DNA from: Halorarum halobium
Lineage (GTDB): Archaea; Halobacteriota; Halobacteria; Halobacteriales; Haloferacaceae
Direction: 5' to 3'
DNA: 64,000 nt
Assembly (NCBI RefSeq): GCF_032116555.1
Contig: NZ_CP134950.1
Span: forward strand, 62,001 to 126,000
Under the pieces are notes generated by a model. It was given only the letters and a program-made list of their open reading frames with translations. It was not told the origin of the DNA and searched no databases. The first letter of the stretch is position 1. Each line of letters begins with the position of its first letter. Position numbers and translations under genes: made by a program. Shown here piece after piece: positions 38,387 through 47,201 of this stretch.

Positions 38387-39073
38387 ATGAACGGGAACGC
38401 ACGACGCCCCACGTCGAACGTAGTCCAGACAGAAGCGCTCGCTAACCGTCGCGACGACTCCGTCGAATACGTCGGCTTTCGCGTTGACGGCCACGCCGTC
38501 GTTCTGAATCTCTCCGAACACCAGTGTCTCACTCCTGATCGAAGTCTCGATCTGGTCAACCACAGCCCGACAGGCTTCGAGTGGGGATATGCTGGAAGCG
38601 GGCCCGCACAGCTCGCTTGTGGGCTCCTCCTCGACTACTACGACGACGCCCGGATCGCCCGAGAACACTACATCGGGTTCCGAAATCGCGTGATCAGCCA
38701 GCTCAAGTGTGATGGGGCCGCGGCGTGCTGGCACCTCACCGGCGAAGAAATCGACGCGGCGATGGCGACGATCACCGACGACGTCGTCGCCCTTCCCGAC
38801 GGCGGGCAGCTGTCACCGTCACTCCCCGAGAACTGGCGAACGGTCACTCGCCCCGACCGGCGAGTCTTCCAGCGGGCTGATCACGACCACTACATCGTGC
38901 TCGGGGAGGGAACCGACGGCTGGCTGGCCGTCCTCTGCAGTCAGGGCGATCGCGCCTATCCGGCACCCCTGGCAAGCCGGACGGTTTCGGACGATGCCGA
39001 TGTCGAGCGGGCCATCCGTGCCCTCGTCGACGAGAGCAACGACCTCATCGAGCCACCGGAGGGGGAGTACTGA
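38387..39073 (+). CDS. DUF6166-like protein, paralog 2, with extra C-terminal domain
   Basis: NHSPTGFEWGYAGSGPAQLA; hairpin element 38333-38366. Confidence 0.75.
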   Translation: MNGNARRPTSNVVQTEALANRRDDSVEYVGFRVDGHAVVLNLSEHQCLTPDRSLDLVNHSPTGFEWGYAGSGPAQLACGLLLDYYDDARIAREHYIGFRNRVISQLKCDGAAACWHLTGEEIDAAMATITDDVVALPDGGQLSPSLPENWRTVTRPDRRVFQRADHDHYIVLGEGTDGWLAVLCSQGDRAYPAPLASRTVSDDADVERAIRALVDESNDLIEPPEGEY

Positions 39074-39204
39074 TGGAGAGGCTTCGACTGTCGCGAGCCA
39101 CCCACCAGCTGCTCGAACGCGGGGTCGAGGCACTCGAGAAAATCGGTCGCGAACTGGAACGGTACAACGATCGGCAAGAGCAGACTGACGGCACTGACTC
39201 GTGA
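39073..39204 (+). CDS. 43-aa microprotein (MERLRLSRATHQLLERGVEALEKIGRELERYNDRQEQTDGTDS)
   Basis: TGATG coupling upstream and GTGA overlap downstream. Confidence 0.6.
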   Translation: MERLRLSRATHQLLERGVEALEKIGRELERYNDRQEQTDGTDS

Positions 39205-39866
39205 CTCAGACACGTTCTCCCGGCCAGCGGCGGAGTACCGGGTTCCAGTACACGCGCACTCCCGAGGGGTGCTCGTGTCCCATTCATCGCGACGGCCAGC
39301 CGGTCACGGCGCCGCTCGGGTTGCGGTTCGCAGAGCGCGTCCATATCGAATCGATCCCGCGGCACGTCGCCGGCGCGATCTACGAAGCCCATCATTCCTA
39401 TATGGACAGTGTTCCCCGGACGAACCTCGTTCATCACGGGCTCTGTTACCAGGACCAGCTACTGGGTGCGATTACGTGGCGCTATCCGCTGATTCGCTCG
39501 CTGGAGTACGACGGGACGCGATACGAGGGTGACGAGATCGTCGAGGCAGCACGGATCTGCATCGGCGTCGACTTCCCGAACCTCGCCTCTGCTGCCCTCG
39601 CCCGGTCGATGGAACGGTTCGTGCGTCGGCACGGCCGGCGGCGAGGCGTTCGCCTTCTGCTGACGTTCGTGCGAGCTGACTTCGATGGCTCGATGATCAA
39701 AGCGCTCAGAGACAAGGGCTGGCACTATGCCGGAAAAACGGAGCCCGGACAGGCAGGTAACCGACCCGACAAGCAAATCCGAGAGCGGCCAAAGTGGCGG
39801 TTCCTCTGTGAAGTTCCTGATGAGTCTGAGCGGGAACAGTCCTCACTCGGACGGTGGGCTCCGTGA
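39201..39866 (+). CDS. Mom-like GNAT-fold DNA-modifying protein
   Basis: HHSY...G..Y...LLGAI...EAARI...NLAS..L...LLTFV...G...KA...GW...GKT...KWRF pattern of the Mu Mom family. Confidence 0.6.
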   Translation: MTQTRSPGQRRSTGFQYTRTPEGCSCPIHRDGQPVTAPLGLRFAERVHIESIPRHVAGAIYEAHHSYMDSVPRTNLVHHGLCYQDQLLGAITWRYPLIRSLEYDGTRYEGDEIVEAARICIGVDFPNLASAALARSMERFVRRHGRRRGVRLLLTFVRADFDGSMIKALRDKGWHYAGKTEPGQAGNRPDKQIRERPKWRFLCEVPDESEREQSSLGRWAP

Positions 39867-40405
39867 CTACGAATGCTCGTCTCGATGAGTTCACAGCAGA
39901 GGAAAACTCGGACAACCAGCCGGAGCGCGATCCATGTGTAGTCGAGCGACTGTTGGACCCGATATCACCGGCCCAGGGGCTGCGACTCATCTCCGGCCAG
40001 GGTGACCCGGTGTACCTCCAAAACAGGGGAACTGAACGCTACCTGTTCCGGGATGCCCACGAGCGGTGGTTCATCCTCCAGCCCTCGGCCAAGGAGTCGG
40101 TCGACGACTTCGTTCGCTGGGTGTATCTCCCCGACGGCAAACCCGCCGAGATCGCCCAGACTGCGATCCGTCAACGGACGGTTCGCGGCTACCGGTACGT
40201 TCAGCGAAGCGGAGCTCCCGAGCCGGTTGGGACGACGGTGACAGCGATGTACGTCAGTGAGCCCTGGCCCGACGATGTCTACGAGTGTGGATCCTGCGGA
40301 GCCGAGTTCGAGTCGCCCCGTGCTCACGCCCTTCACTGCTGGGAGGACCATCCCTGGGTTCCGAACCCGGAGCAGGTTCGGCTACGCCGCTCCAGCACCG
40401 AGTAA
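39863..40405 (+). CDS. Hypothetical protein with C2H2-type zinc finger
   Basis: YECGSCGAEF...H..HC...H. Confidence 0.7.
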   Translation: MTTNARLDEFTAEENSDNQPERDPCVVERLLDPISPAQGLRLISGQGDPVYLQNRGTERYLFRDAHERWFILQPSAKESVDDFVRWVYLPDGKPAEIAQTAIRQRTVRGYRYVQRSGAPEPVGTTVTAMYVSEPWPDDVYECGSCGAEFESPRAHALHCWEDHPWVPNPEQVRLRRSSTE

Positions 40406-40438
40406 CGACAGTGCGACAGTTTCCCGACGGTGGGTCGA

Positions 40439-40479
40439 TTAACCAACAGACAGCCCCTTCCTAGGTCAGTGTTGGTTAA
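40439..40479. repeat. TTAACCAAC-N23-GTTGGTTAA site 2
   Basis: Arms 40439-40447 and 40471-40479. Confidence 0.9.
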
Positions 40480-40571
40480 CGTGGTGTTGTTGTTGCGCCC
40501 GGCAGAGGGGCGCAGGGCGCGAGACGATGCAGGCAGCCGTCGATGAGCGTTCCTGCGTCGGGGTGACTACG

Positions 40572-41732
40572 ATGAAAGACCCAGAGTCGAGAACCATCTT
40601 CGCTGGCGTCGATGGACGTACCGACACCGAACTACCCGAGTGGTATCGTCAGCGTCACGGCGGCAAAGACACCGTGAGCTTCGCTGAGGCGATCCGCGAC
40701 CTCCCGCAGGCCGTCGAGTCAACCGTGGCCTACAAGAATCCGTACACCGACGAGTGGGTCGAGACGGAGCGGTTCAACGCGCTCGTCGAGCCGAGTCGCG
40801 CTCGAGAGCAGGCCCGTGAGGAGGACGCCGAAACGGATTCCTTGTTCCATATTCCGACCGACTCGTACTCGATCATCAACCCGGTCGACGTCTACGGCCC
40901 TCTGGAGGAGGTCCTTCGGGAGGAGACTATCGACGGAACGCCGCTGGGTGACGTGATGTTCGGCGAGATTCGTCGCTACCGGGGCGGCGGCGAGGTCCAT
41001 ATGGACATCATGTTCGACGGCCTCGAGGTGCGCCTCCCCGGCCGGTCGGACCCGATCACGATGGGCGTCACGTCGGGCTACGACTTCTTCGGCGAGCACG
41101 CCGTCTACGTGGAGGGATTCGCCCAGGACGGGTACTGCTCGAATACAATGCGCTCGCTCACCGACAAGGAGGTCATCAAGCACGTCGGCGACGTGCGGAA
41201 TTTCCGAACCTGGTGGGAAGAGATTCTCGCACAGGTCGAACTCGTGGCTGACGACCTCTTCGAGTTCATCCGTGACGCCCAGGACATCGAACTCGACTTC
41301 TCGGAGCTCCCGTTCACCGTCACGGAGTTCTACAGTCTGCTGGGCTTCCCGGACTACCTGGCCGAGCGCGCTGCGAGCGATGCCGAGGCCAACGCGGCCT
41401 CACCCGTCGAGATCGATATGTGGACGCTCCATTCCGGCGCGACGTACGCGCTCACTCACTTCTTCCAGGGCAAGGAGGGTGCGTCGCTGGACGGCTACGT
41501 CCGCACGGCCAACGACATCCTGTTCAACCCTGAGGGTACCATCGAGCGGGTTGAACGCGCCTACGAGGAGCAGCTGGAGGCGGACGGCGACGACGGGTCG
41601 CAGGCGTCGCTCGCCGGTGAGCGGGCACTCGCGAGCATCGAGCGCGTCAGCGACGATCTACAGGAGAAGGTCAATCAGTTCGAGGAGCGTGAGGACGCAC
41701 TCCGTGAGCGGTTCCAGGACGCGATGGCCTGA
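40572..41732 (+). CDS. DUF932-like plasmid/phage protein
   Basis: TDSYSIINP...YCSNTM...KHVG...W.L...TY...H pattern; hairpin element 40485-40520. Confidence 0.6.
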   Translation: MKDPESRTIFAGVDGRTDTELPEWYRQRHGGKDTVSFAEAIRDLPQAVESTVAYKNPYTDEWVETERFNALVEPSRAREQAREEDAETDSLFHIPTDSYSIINPVDVYGPLEEVLREETIDGTPLGDVMFGEIRRYRGGGEVHMDIMFDGLEVRLPGRSDPITMGVTSGYDFFGEHAVYVEGFAQDGYCSNTMRSLTDKEVIKHVGDVRNFRTWWEEILAQVELVADDLFEFIRDAQDIELDFSELPFTVTEFYSLLGFPDYLAERAASDAEANAASPVEIDMWTLHSGATYALTHFFQGKEGASLDGYVRTANDILFNPEGTIERVERAYEEQLEADGDDGSQASLAGERALASIERVSDDLQEKVNQFEEREDALRERFQDAMA

Positions 41733-41798
41733 CGCCGTGACGGTGACGTAGTCGTCTGTTCTGTCTTTCTCCCCCTTCAGGGGTGGAGGGCGATAGAG

Positions 41799-42020
41799 AT
41801 GGAGAAATCAGCGGACAACAGCGGGGCTGACGACGAATTCCCACCCGAGAAGCGCCTCGAAGCACCGAACTACCGACTGGTCAAGGCCGGGATCGCGACG
41901 ATCCCCGATATGGAGACACTCCGTGAGTGTGTCGCCTACGAAAACGCCCACCAGAATCGGACGCAGATTCTGCGTCGGCTCCAGTGGAAGGCCGAAAAGC
42001 TGCGTGAGGATGAGGAGTAG
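41799..42020 (+). CDS. Small hypothetical protein
   Basis: YENAHQNRTQILRRL; weak hairpin element 41763-41790. Confidence 0.7.
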   Translation: MEKSADNSGADDEFPPEKRLEAPNYRLVKAGIATIPDMETLRECVAYENAHQNRTQILRRLQWKAEKLREDEE

Positions 42021-42029
42021 CGATCATTC

Positions 42030-42071
42030 TTAACCAACAATCGGAGTCAGCCAACACCTCGTGTTGGTTAA
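42030..42071. repeat. TTAACCAAC-N24-GTTGGTTAA site 3
   Basis: Arms 42030-42038 and 42063-42071. Confidence 0.9.
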
Positions 42072-42144
42072 CGGTGAGAGTACTCCGTTTTTCGGGCCCC
42101 TGAATGGGTGCGGGGCGACCAGCACCCCCCTCGCGAGTTCAGTC

Positions 42145-43146
42145 ATGTCCTTCGATTTGAGTCCAGACTCCAGCACGGCTAGCGACATCGATGCCGCCAG
42201 ACAAGCGGACCATGTGGCGTTCCTCCATCGAGTTCCATTCGTCGCTGATGCGTTGGCCCTCGGATTTCTTCCCGGGTTTCGAGAAGACTGTGGGTATCAG
42301 TCAGACCAGTACCTAAACCTCGAGATTCCTGTGGGGATGCTCGATAACGACTTCCGCAATCCCGACCTGGAACGCTTCGTCGATCGATTCTTCGAGCACG
42401 AGCCACAGGTCGGTGTCATCGGCGACATCTTCGAACCAGATGCCGTCGACGCCCACGTCGCTGCCGCTCGCGAAATCCGAGCGAGCTACCCCGAGGCCGA
42501 GCTCATCGTCGTTCCGAAGTCGCGGGCGGTGATCGACGCGATACCCAATACCCTCGTCCTCGGGTATTCACGGGGATACGCCGACCGCCTGGCCCACGAG
42601 TTCTCCGACCCAGCCGATTGGAGAGGGCGACGCGTCCACATCCTCGGCGGGAGTCCGCCCAAGCAGCTCAACGCCATTCGACAGCTGACCAGACCGACTC
42701 TCACGGACGAGCCACCAGCCGACATCGTCGGCGTCGACTGGAACGGGCTGCATCGCGGCGCACAGTTCGGCGAGTTCTGGACGGCCGACGGCTGGGACGA
42801 CAGCGGTCGCGACGCCGACCACGTCACTGTCCGAAAGACGGTGCGTCACAGCCTCGCCCGGGTCCGCGAGTTCTGGCAGCAACACGGAGTCTGGCCTGAA
42901 TCGACACCGCAAGACGAGGGGCTGACCGTCGAGTACGAGGGTCCGAGTCCTGCCGATCTCGAGGACGCCGCCTGTACCGAGTGCGGGACGAACGTCTGGC
43001 GAACTCGCCGCGGCCCGTACGTCGCCGAATACGATACCGGCGCAATCTGTGGATACTGCAGTTACGAGTGCTACTTCAGCCACCGTCATCGAAACAACCT
43101 GGAGGAGATCGCCGGTGAGCAGAGCGTCTACCTCCCGCCGGCGTGA
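42145..43146 (+). CDS. DUF6610-like protein, possible TGT/DpdA-related barrel, with C-terminal zinc finger
   Basis: MLDND, VHILGGSP, VGVDWN; CTECG...CSYEC; hairpin element 42087-42116. Confidence 0.6.
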   Translation: MSFDLSPDSSTASDIDAARQADHVAFLHRVPFVADALALGFLPGFREDCGYQSDQYLNLEIPVGMLDNDFRNPDLERFVDRFFEHEPQVGVIGDIFEPDAVDAHVAAAREIRASYPEAELIVVPKSRAVIDAIPNTLVLGYSRGYADRLAHEFSDPADWRGRRVHILGGSPPKQLNAIRQLTRPTLTDEPPADIVGVDWNGLHRGAQFGEFWTADGWDDSGRDADHVTVRKTVRHSLARVREFWQQHGVWPESTPQDEGLTVEYEGPSPADLEDAACTECGTNVWRTRRGPYVAEYDTGAICGYCSYECYFSHRHRNNLEEIAGEQSVYLPPA

Positions 43147-43217
43147 CTTTGCGACCTGTTTTTCGTGCCCCCCGAGAGGGCGAGGGCTCCTTCGAAAGCT
43201 CTCAGAGGTGACTTCCA

Positions 43218-43580
43218 GTGAGTCAACAACAGAGTCCCGACAACGTCTCGATCGACGACATCCCAGTCGATATCGCAAACACGCAATCAGAGAAGATCAA
43301 TCCCGCCGATGTCCCCGACGAGATAGAGTCTATCACCCGTGGGCTCGCCGGTGAGCAGCCGCCGACGAATCCCATAGTGGTTCTCAAAGCGGCTCGCTGG
43401 TGGTATCTACACGGCAAGGGCGGGTCGGATCCCGCCTTCCAGTGGGCTATCGAGTGGGCACGTCACCTTGCGACCGACACGCCTAGCGACGTCGAGCAGT
43501 TCGACGAGTTCCTCGAGTACCTTGTTTCCCTTGACTTCGCGCAGAATCGGCAGACACTTCGAGGAAGAGCAAACGACTGA
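43218..43580 (+). CDS. Hypothetical protein
   Basis: GAGGTGA SD; hairpin element 43158-43187. Confidence 0.7.
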   Translation: MSQQQSPDNVSIDDIPVDIANTQSEKINPADVPDEIESITRGLAGEQPPTNPIVVLKAARWWYLHGKGGSDPAFQWAIEWARHLATDTPSDVEQFDEFLEYLVSLDFAQNRQTLRGRAND

Positions 43581-43610
43581 TTCACCAGATACGTCAAGAG
43601 ATTCGGATTG

Positions 43611-44069
43611 CTATTCCTCCAGATCGTCAGCAGTAACAAGTCCATCAGGCGTTTCCGCCGGCGTGTAACTCTGATCCTCGCCCATTTTATTCTCCTCAGA
43701 GAGTGAATTCTCGAAGTAGCTCCCGTACTCTGCCTCCATATCGGGAGCGAGTTTAGTAAGGCGTTCATGGGCTTTCTGATATGCTCGGCGGCTGGCTTCG
43801 TCATCAGACAGATCTTCTGGTGCCTCGAAATCCTTTGCCGAGTCCCACACGATCTGCCATCTATCCCCCGTATGGTCGACCGCGATCAATCCACGATTCG
43901 GGAGATTCAGTAATAACTGAATTACGACCGGGCTGTCGTTCGTGTAGTATCCACGCACCGCGACAACCTGCTCGAACATATCATGCTCCGCCAAACTATT
44001 GACAATCTCACCAGAAAGCGGTTGGTCTGGGAGCGATTCAAGTACTCGTGAATCATCAGTTTCGGTCAT
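43611..44069 (-). CDS. Hypothetical protein
   Basis: Acidic ORF, lower GC, co-oriented with the phosphoesterase. Confidence 0.65.
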   Translation of the reverse strand: MTETDDSRVLESLPDQPLSGEIVNSLAEHDMFEQVVAVRGYYTNDSPVVIQLLLNLPNRGLIAVDHTGDRWQIVWDSAKDFEAPEDLSDDEASRRAYQKAHERLTKLAPDMEAEYGSYFENSLSEENKMGEDQSYTPAETPDGLVTADDLEE

Positions 44070-44103
44070 CTGATGGGATGTTACCTCCCCCAGTATTTAA
44101 CAG

Positions 44104-45003
44104 TCAATCCCAACGCACGAATTTCCCGTCATCATTCCGAACGAGCGGTCCGAGTGGATCAGGCCGATCACTTGATAGATACTCAGCGAATTCCTCCTGA
44201 AATCCAGGTGGTGGAGACTCCCATAGCCCGATTGCGTACTCAATCAGTTCATCCTCTGCTGCGAAATCTCGATTCGTCTCCGTGGTAACACCATAGAACG
44301 CTGCGCTCGCCATCTCTCGCATCAGTAGAATTGGCTGCCAGCAATACATACAGCTGTGGTAGTCTGGGCCGATTAGAATCCCTCGTTCCTGGTGTTGTTG
44401 ACAGACAGTAGTATCGAGTCGCCCAATATTTCGGAGGTCAATGTCGAACGGGGGTTCGTCCTCAACGGTCACCACGAAATAGCCACCATAGATAGCTGAA
44501 TCGGCCTTTGAGTCGTCACGGTACAGAAACGCCGAGTTGAGCATCCGCTCCTTGTATCGGCCCGTATGCGTATGGCCACAGAAGTAGGCACGACCGGGAA
44601 AATGGTCAATCATTCCCGTCTCTTCCCAATGAGTGACGAGTATTCCGTCGCTCGATACCGCTTCCGGGTCTTGGGTGAACTGTTGCCCGCCAACCGTGAC
44701 GACGTCGTCCGAGGGGATATGCGTCCCAACGCTCAGATCGTATTCAAGCTCGCCGTAGTAATCTCGATTGCCATAGACGTAGAGAAGCCCGTTTTCAGCG
44801 CGGTTAGCGAGGGTTTCAAGATATGGCTCTACAGCTTGGAGCTGTTCAACACCGGCATCTTCCCCTTCGTTATGAGCATTTGTGAAGTCTCCCACGTGAA
44901 TGATGAAGTCGAAACGTTCATCTTCCGTTTCAGCAGCTACCCGTCTCAGAGCTTCTGTATTTCCGTGATTATCCCCCATTACGAGGAACTGTTGTGTCGA
45001 CAT
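44104..45003 (-). CDS. Calcineurin-like metallophosphoesterase with C-terminal Cys/His extension
   Basis: GDNHG, HVGDF, GNRD, VTH, GHTH motifs. Confidence 0.85.
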   Translation of the reverse strand: MSTQQFLVMGDNHGNTEALRRVAAETEDERFDFIIHVGDFTNAHNEGEDAGVEQLQAVEPYLETLANRAENGLLYVYGNRDYYGELEYDLSVGTHIPSDDVVTVGGQQFTQDPEAVSSDGILVTHWEETGMIDHFPGRAYFCGHTHTGRYKERMLNSAFLYRDDSKADSAIYGGYFVVTVEDEPPFDIDLRNIGRLDTTVCQQHQERGILIGPDYHSCMYCWQPILLMREMASAAFYGVTTETNRDFAAEDELIEYAIGLWESPPPGFQEEFAEYLSSDRPDPLGPLVRNDDGKFVRWD

Positions 45004-45205
45004 AGCATTCGATTTGATTCTTGAGTATATGACTGCGGTGTTGTGAAATCACGCTCAACACCAGAACAACGGCTACGTCTCCATCTCTAATCGAATCCCT
45101 GCTAGCTATTCAGTCGCCCCATTGAGCAACCGCCGATGTGTTTTTTGGCCCCCGAAGGGTGCGGGGCGCTCATCCGGACGTGAGCGTCGCCTGAATTGAG
45201 TGATA

Positions 45206-46132
45206 ATGTTATCGAGTGCCAATTCGCGGGTTAGCTTCGGTGATTCGGATACCCGACACGATCAGATGCATAGTACCATCGAACAGTGGATCGACGACCT
45301 CGTCGCCGGCGTCGACGACGCGCAGGCCAGCGCGGAGTTCCAGGAGTGGCTTGACGTCCAGAGTCGCTTTCACGACTATTCCTACCGGAACACGCTCCTC
45401 ATCAAGCGGCAGTGTCCCGAGGCGAGCCGGGTGGCGGGCTACCGGACGTGGCAGGAGGAGTTCGATCGCCACGTCACGGAGGGTGAGTCGGCCATCTGGA
45501 TCTGGGCACCGATCATCACCAAGCAGTGCCCGGAGTGCGAGAACTCCCCGAGCTACCACGAGGACAGCGACTGTGAGTACGATGAGACCCCGCCCGAGGA
45601 GTGGTCCGAGGGCCTGGTCGGGTTCAAGCCCGCGCCGGTGTTCGATGTCTCCCAGACCGAGGGCGAGCCGCTTCCTGATCTCGACACGGAAGCGACCGGG
45701 GACACCGGCGACCTCGTCGAGCAGTTGACTGCCGCCGCTGATGACCTCGGCGTGACGGTGCGGATCGTTCCAGCCGAGGAGTGGACCCACGGCGAGGCGA
45801 AGGGCATCTGCGAGCAGCTGAGCCTCGTCGACGTCCAGCCGCTCGTCGAGGTGCGTGATCGGGAGAACGAGGCCGACCTCGCGCGGACGCTAATTCACGA
45901 GTACGCCCACGCTCTGCTCCACTTCGACATCGACGACGACACCGAGCGAGCGAAACGCGAAGTCGAGGCCGAGGCCGTCGCGTACGTCGTCGGGCGGTAC
46001 TGTGGACTGGATACTAGCGGGTCGGCGTTCTACCTCGCTGCGTGGGAGTCGGACGATTCCGAGGTCGTTCGCGACCGACTCGGGCGGATCAGTCGGACGG
46101 CAGAGGAACTCATCGACGTTCTCGAAGGCTGA
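45206..46132 (+). CDS. ardC: ArdC-like ssDNA-binding/antirestriction protein with zincin domain
   Basis: FHDYSYRNTLLI..Q...VAGYRTW...R.V..GE.AI.I.AP, VFDVSQT, HEYAH, EVEAE; hairpin element 45138-45167. Confidence 0.8.
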   Translation: MLSSANSRVSFGDSDTRHDQMHSTIEQWIDDLVAGVDDAQASAEFQEWLDVQSRFHDYSYRNTLLIKRQCPEASRVAGYRTWQEEFDRHVTEGESAIWIWAPIITKQCPECENSPSYHEDSDCEYDETPPEEWSEGLVGFKPAPVFDVSQTEGEPLPDLDTEATGDTGDLVEQLTAAADDLGVTVRIVPAEEWTHGEAKGICEQLSLVDVQPLVEVRDRENEADLARTLIHEYAHALLHFDIDDDTERAKREVEAEAVAYVVGRYCGLDTSGSAFYLAAWESDDSEVVRDRLGRISRTAEELIDVLEG

Positions 46133-46150
46133 GCAGCTGACTTCGCGGGT

Positions 46151-46190
46151 TTAACCAACAGATTCGTCGGTCACTCACTTTGTTGGTTAA
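46151..46190. repeat. TTAACCAAC-N22-GTTGGTTAA site 4
   Basis: Arms 46151-46159 and 46182-46190. Confidence 0.9.
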
Positions 46191-46242
46191 GTTTTTCAGC
46201 GCCCGCCGAAGGGCGGAGGCGCATCTCACCCTCCGTCAAACC

Positions 46243-47058
46243 ATGACTGATCGATATCTCACGGCAGTTCTCGAGGAAGCCGAGCGCGTCGCAGAGCAGC
46301 ACAATCAAGTCGCGCAATCGGCGGACAACCAGGCCCACGAGTACCTCCGATACGCTGTCCTCCGACTCCTCGAAGGCGAGACCGGAGAACGACCTCACGC
46401 CTTGCAACTCGACGGGGTAACCGTCGGATACGGGAGCGACGAAGCGATGTTCGACAGCTGGAGTGACGCCGTCGAGTGGTGGGACCATATTCCGCCGCAA
46501 GAAGGGTGCACTCGGTTCCGCATTTTCTATCCTGCCGAGTACGAGACGGTTCCTCGAACCATCGTCGACGCGATGGGAGCACTCGGCGCATGGCGCGTCT
46601 GGTCCGGTGACGCTGCCGCCTGCGGGTCCTATGACCACCGAGACCGTCGCGAAGTCCACTACCTGTGGCGAGAGGGGCATCCGATCGAAGCCCGGCTGGT
46701 TGACCGGCTGCAGAGCCCTGACGCCGCTACGCCTGACGGGGGCCAGACAGGAGATATGCGTGATCGGATGGTCGTCGCAGAGTCTTCTTCTCAAAGCGAC
46801 GATCTCGATCCCCGAACGAGGCGAGCCGTCACCGAGGAAATGTCGATTTCGTTGCTCGAAAAAGGCGGTCGGTATGAGGTGCGATCCGGGTCGGGAAACC
46901 GATACGAAGTCGACGTCGTCAGTGAGTCGTGTTCCTGTCCCGACTGGCAGCAGCGAGCACCCGATGGAGGATGCAAGCATCTGCGGAGAGTCGATCTCGA
47001 GATCAAGCGCGGCAGTGTTCCACGGCCCGACGGGCGACTCCCAAAGACATCGATTTGA
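46243..47058 (+). CDS. Two-domain protein with C-terminal SWIM zinc finger
   Basis: YEV...CSCPDW......CKHL; hairpin element 46191-46222. Confidence 0.8.
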   Translation: MTDRYLTAVLEEAERVAEQHNQVAQSADNQAHEYLRYAVLRLLEGETGERPHALQLDGVTVGYGSDEAMFDSWSDAVEWWDHIPPQEGCTRFRIFYPAEYETVPRTIVDAMGALGAWRVWSGDAAACGSYDHRDRREVHYLWREGHPIEARLVDRLQSPDAATPDGGQTGDMRDRMVVAESSSQSDDLDPRTRRAVTEEMSISLLEKGGRYEVRSGSGNRYEVDVVSESCSCPDWQQRAPDGGCKHLRRVDLEIKRGSVPRPDGRLPKTSI

Positions 47059-47201
47059 GGCCTTTTCGCCGAGGGACCGTTTTTTCGGAGCATATCGTCT
47101 ACCTCGGAACGTCGTCTACTCCCGTCGCTGCAATCCACTTGTTCGGTTCGTTCTCCAGGATGTCCCCAATGTAGAAGGACACGTACGACATTAGTCGAGC
47201 T

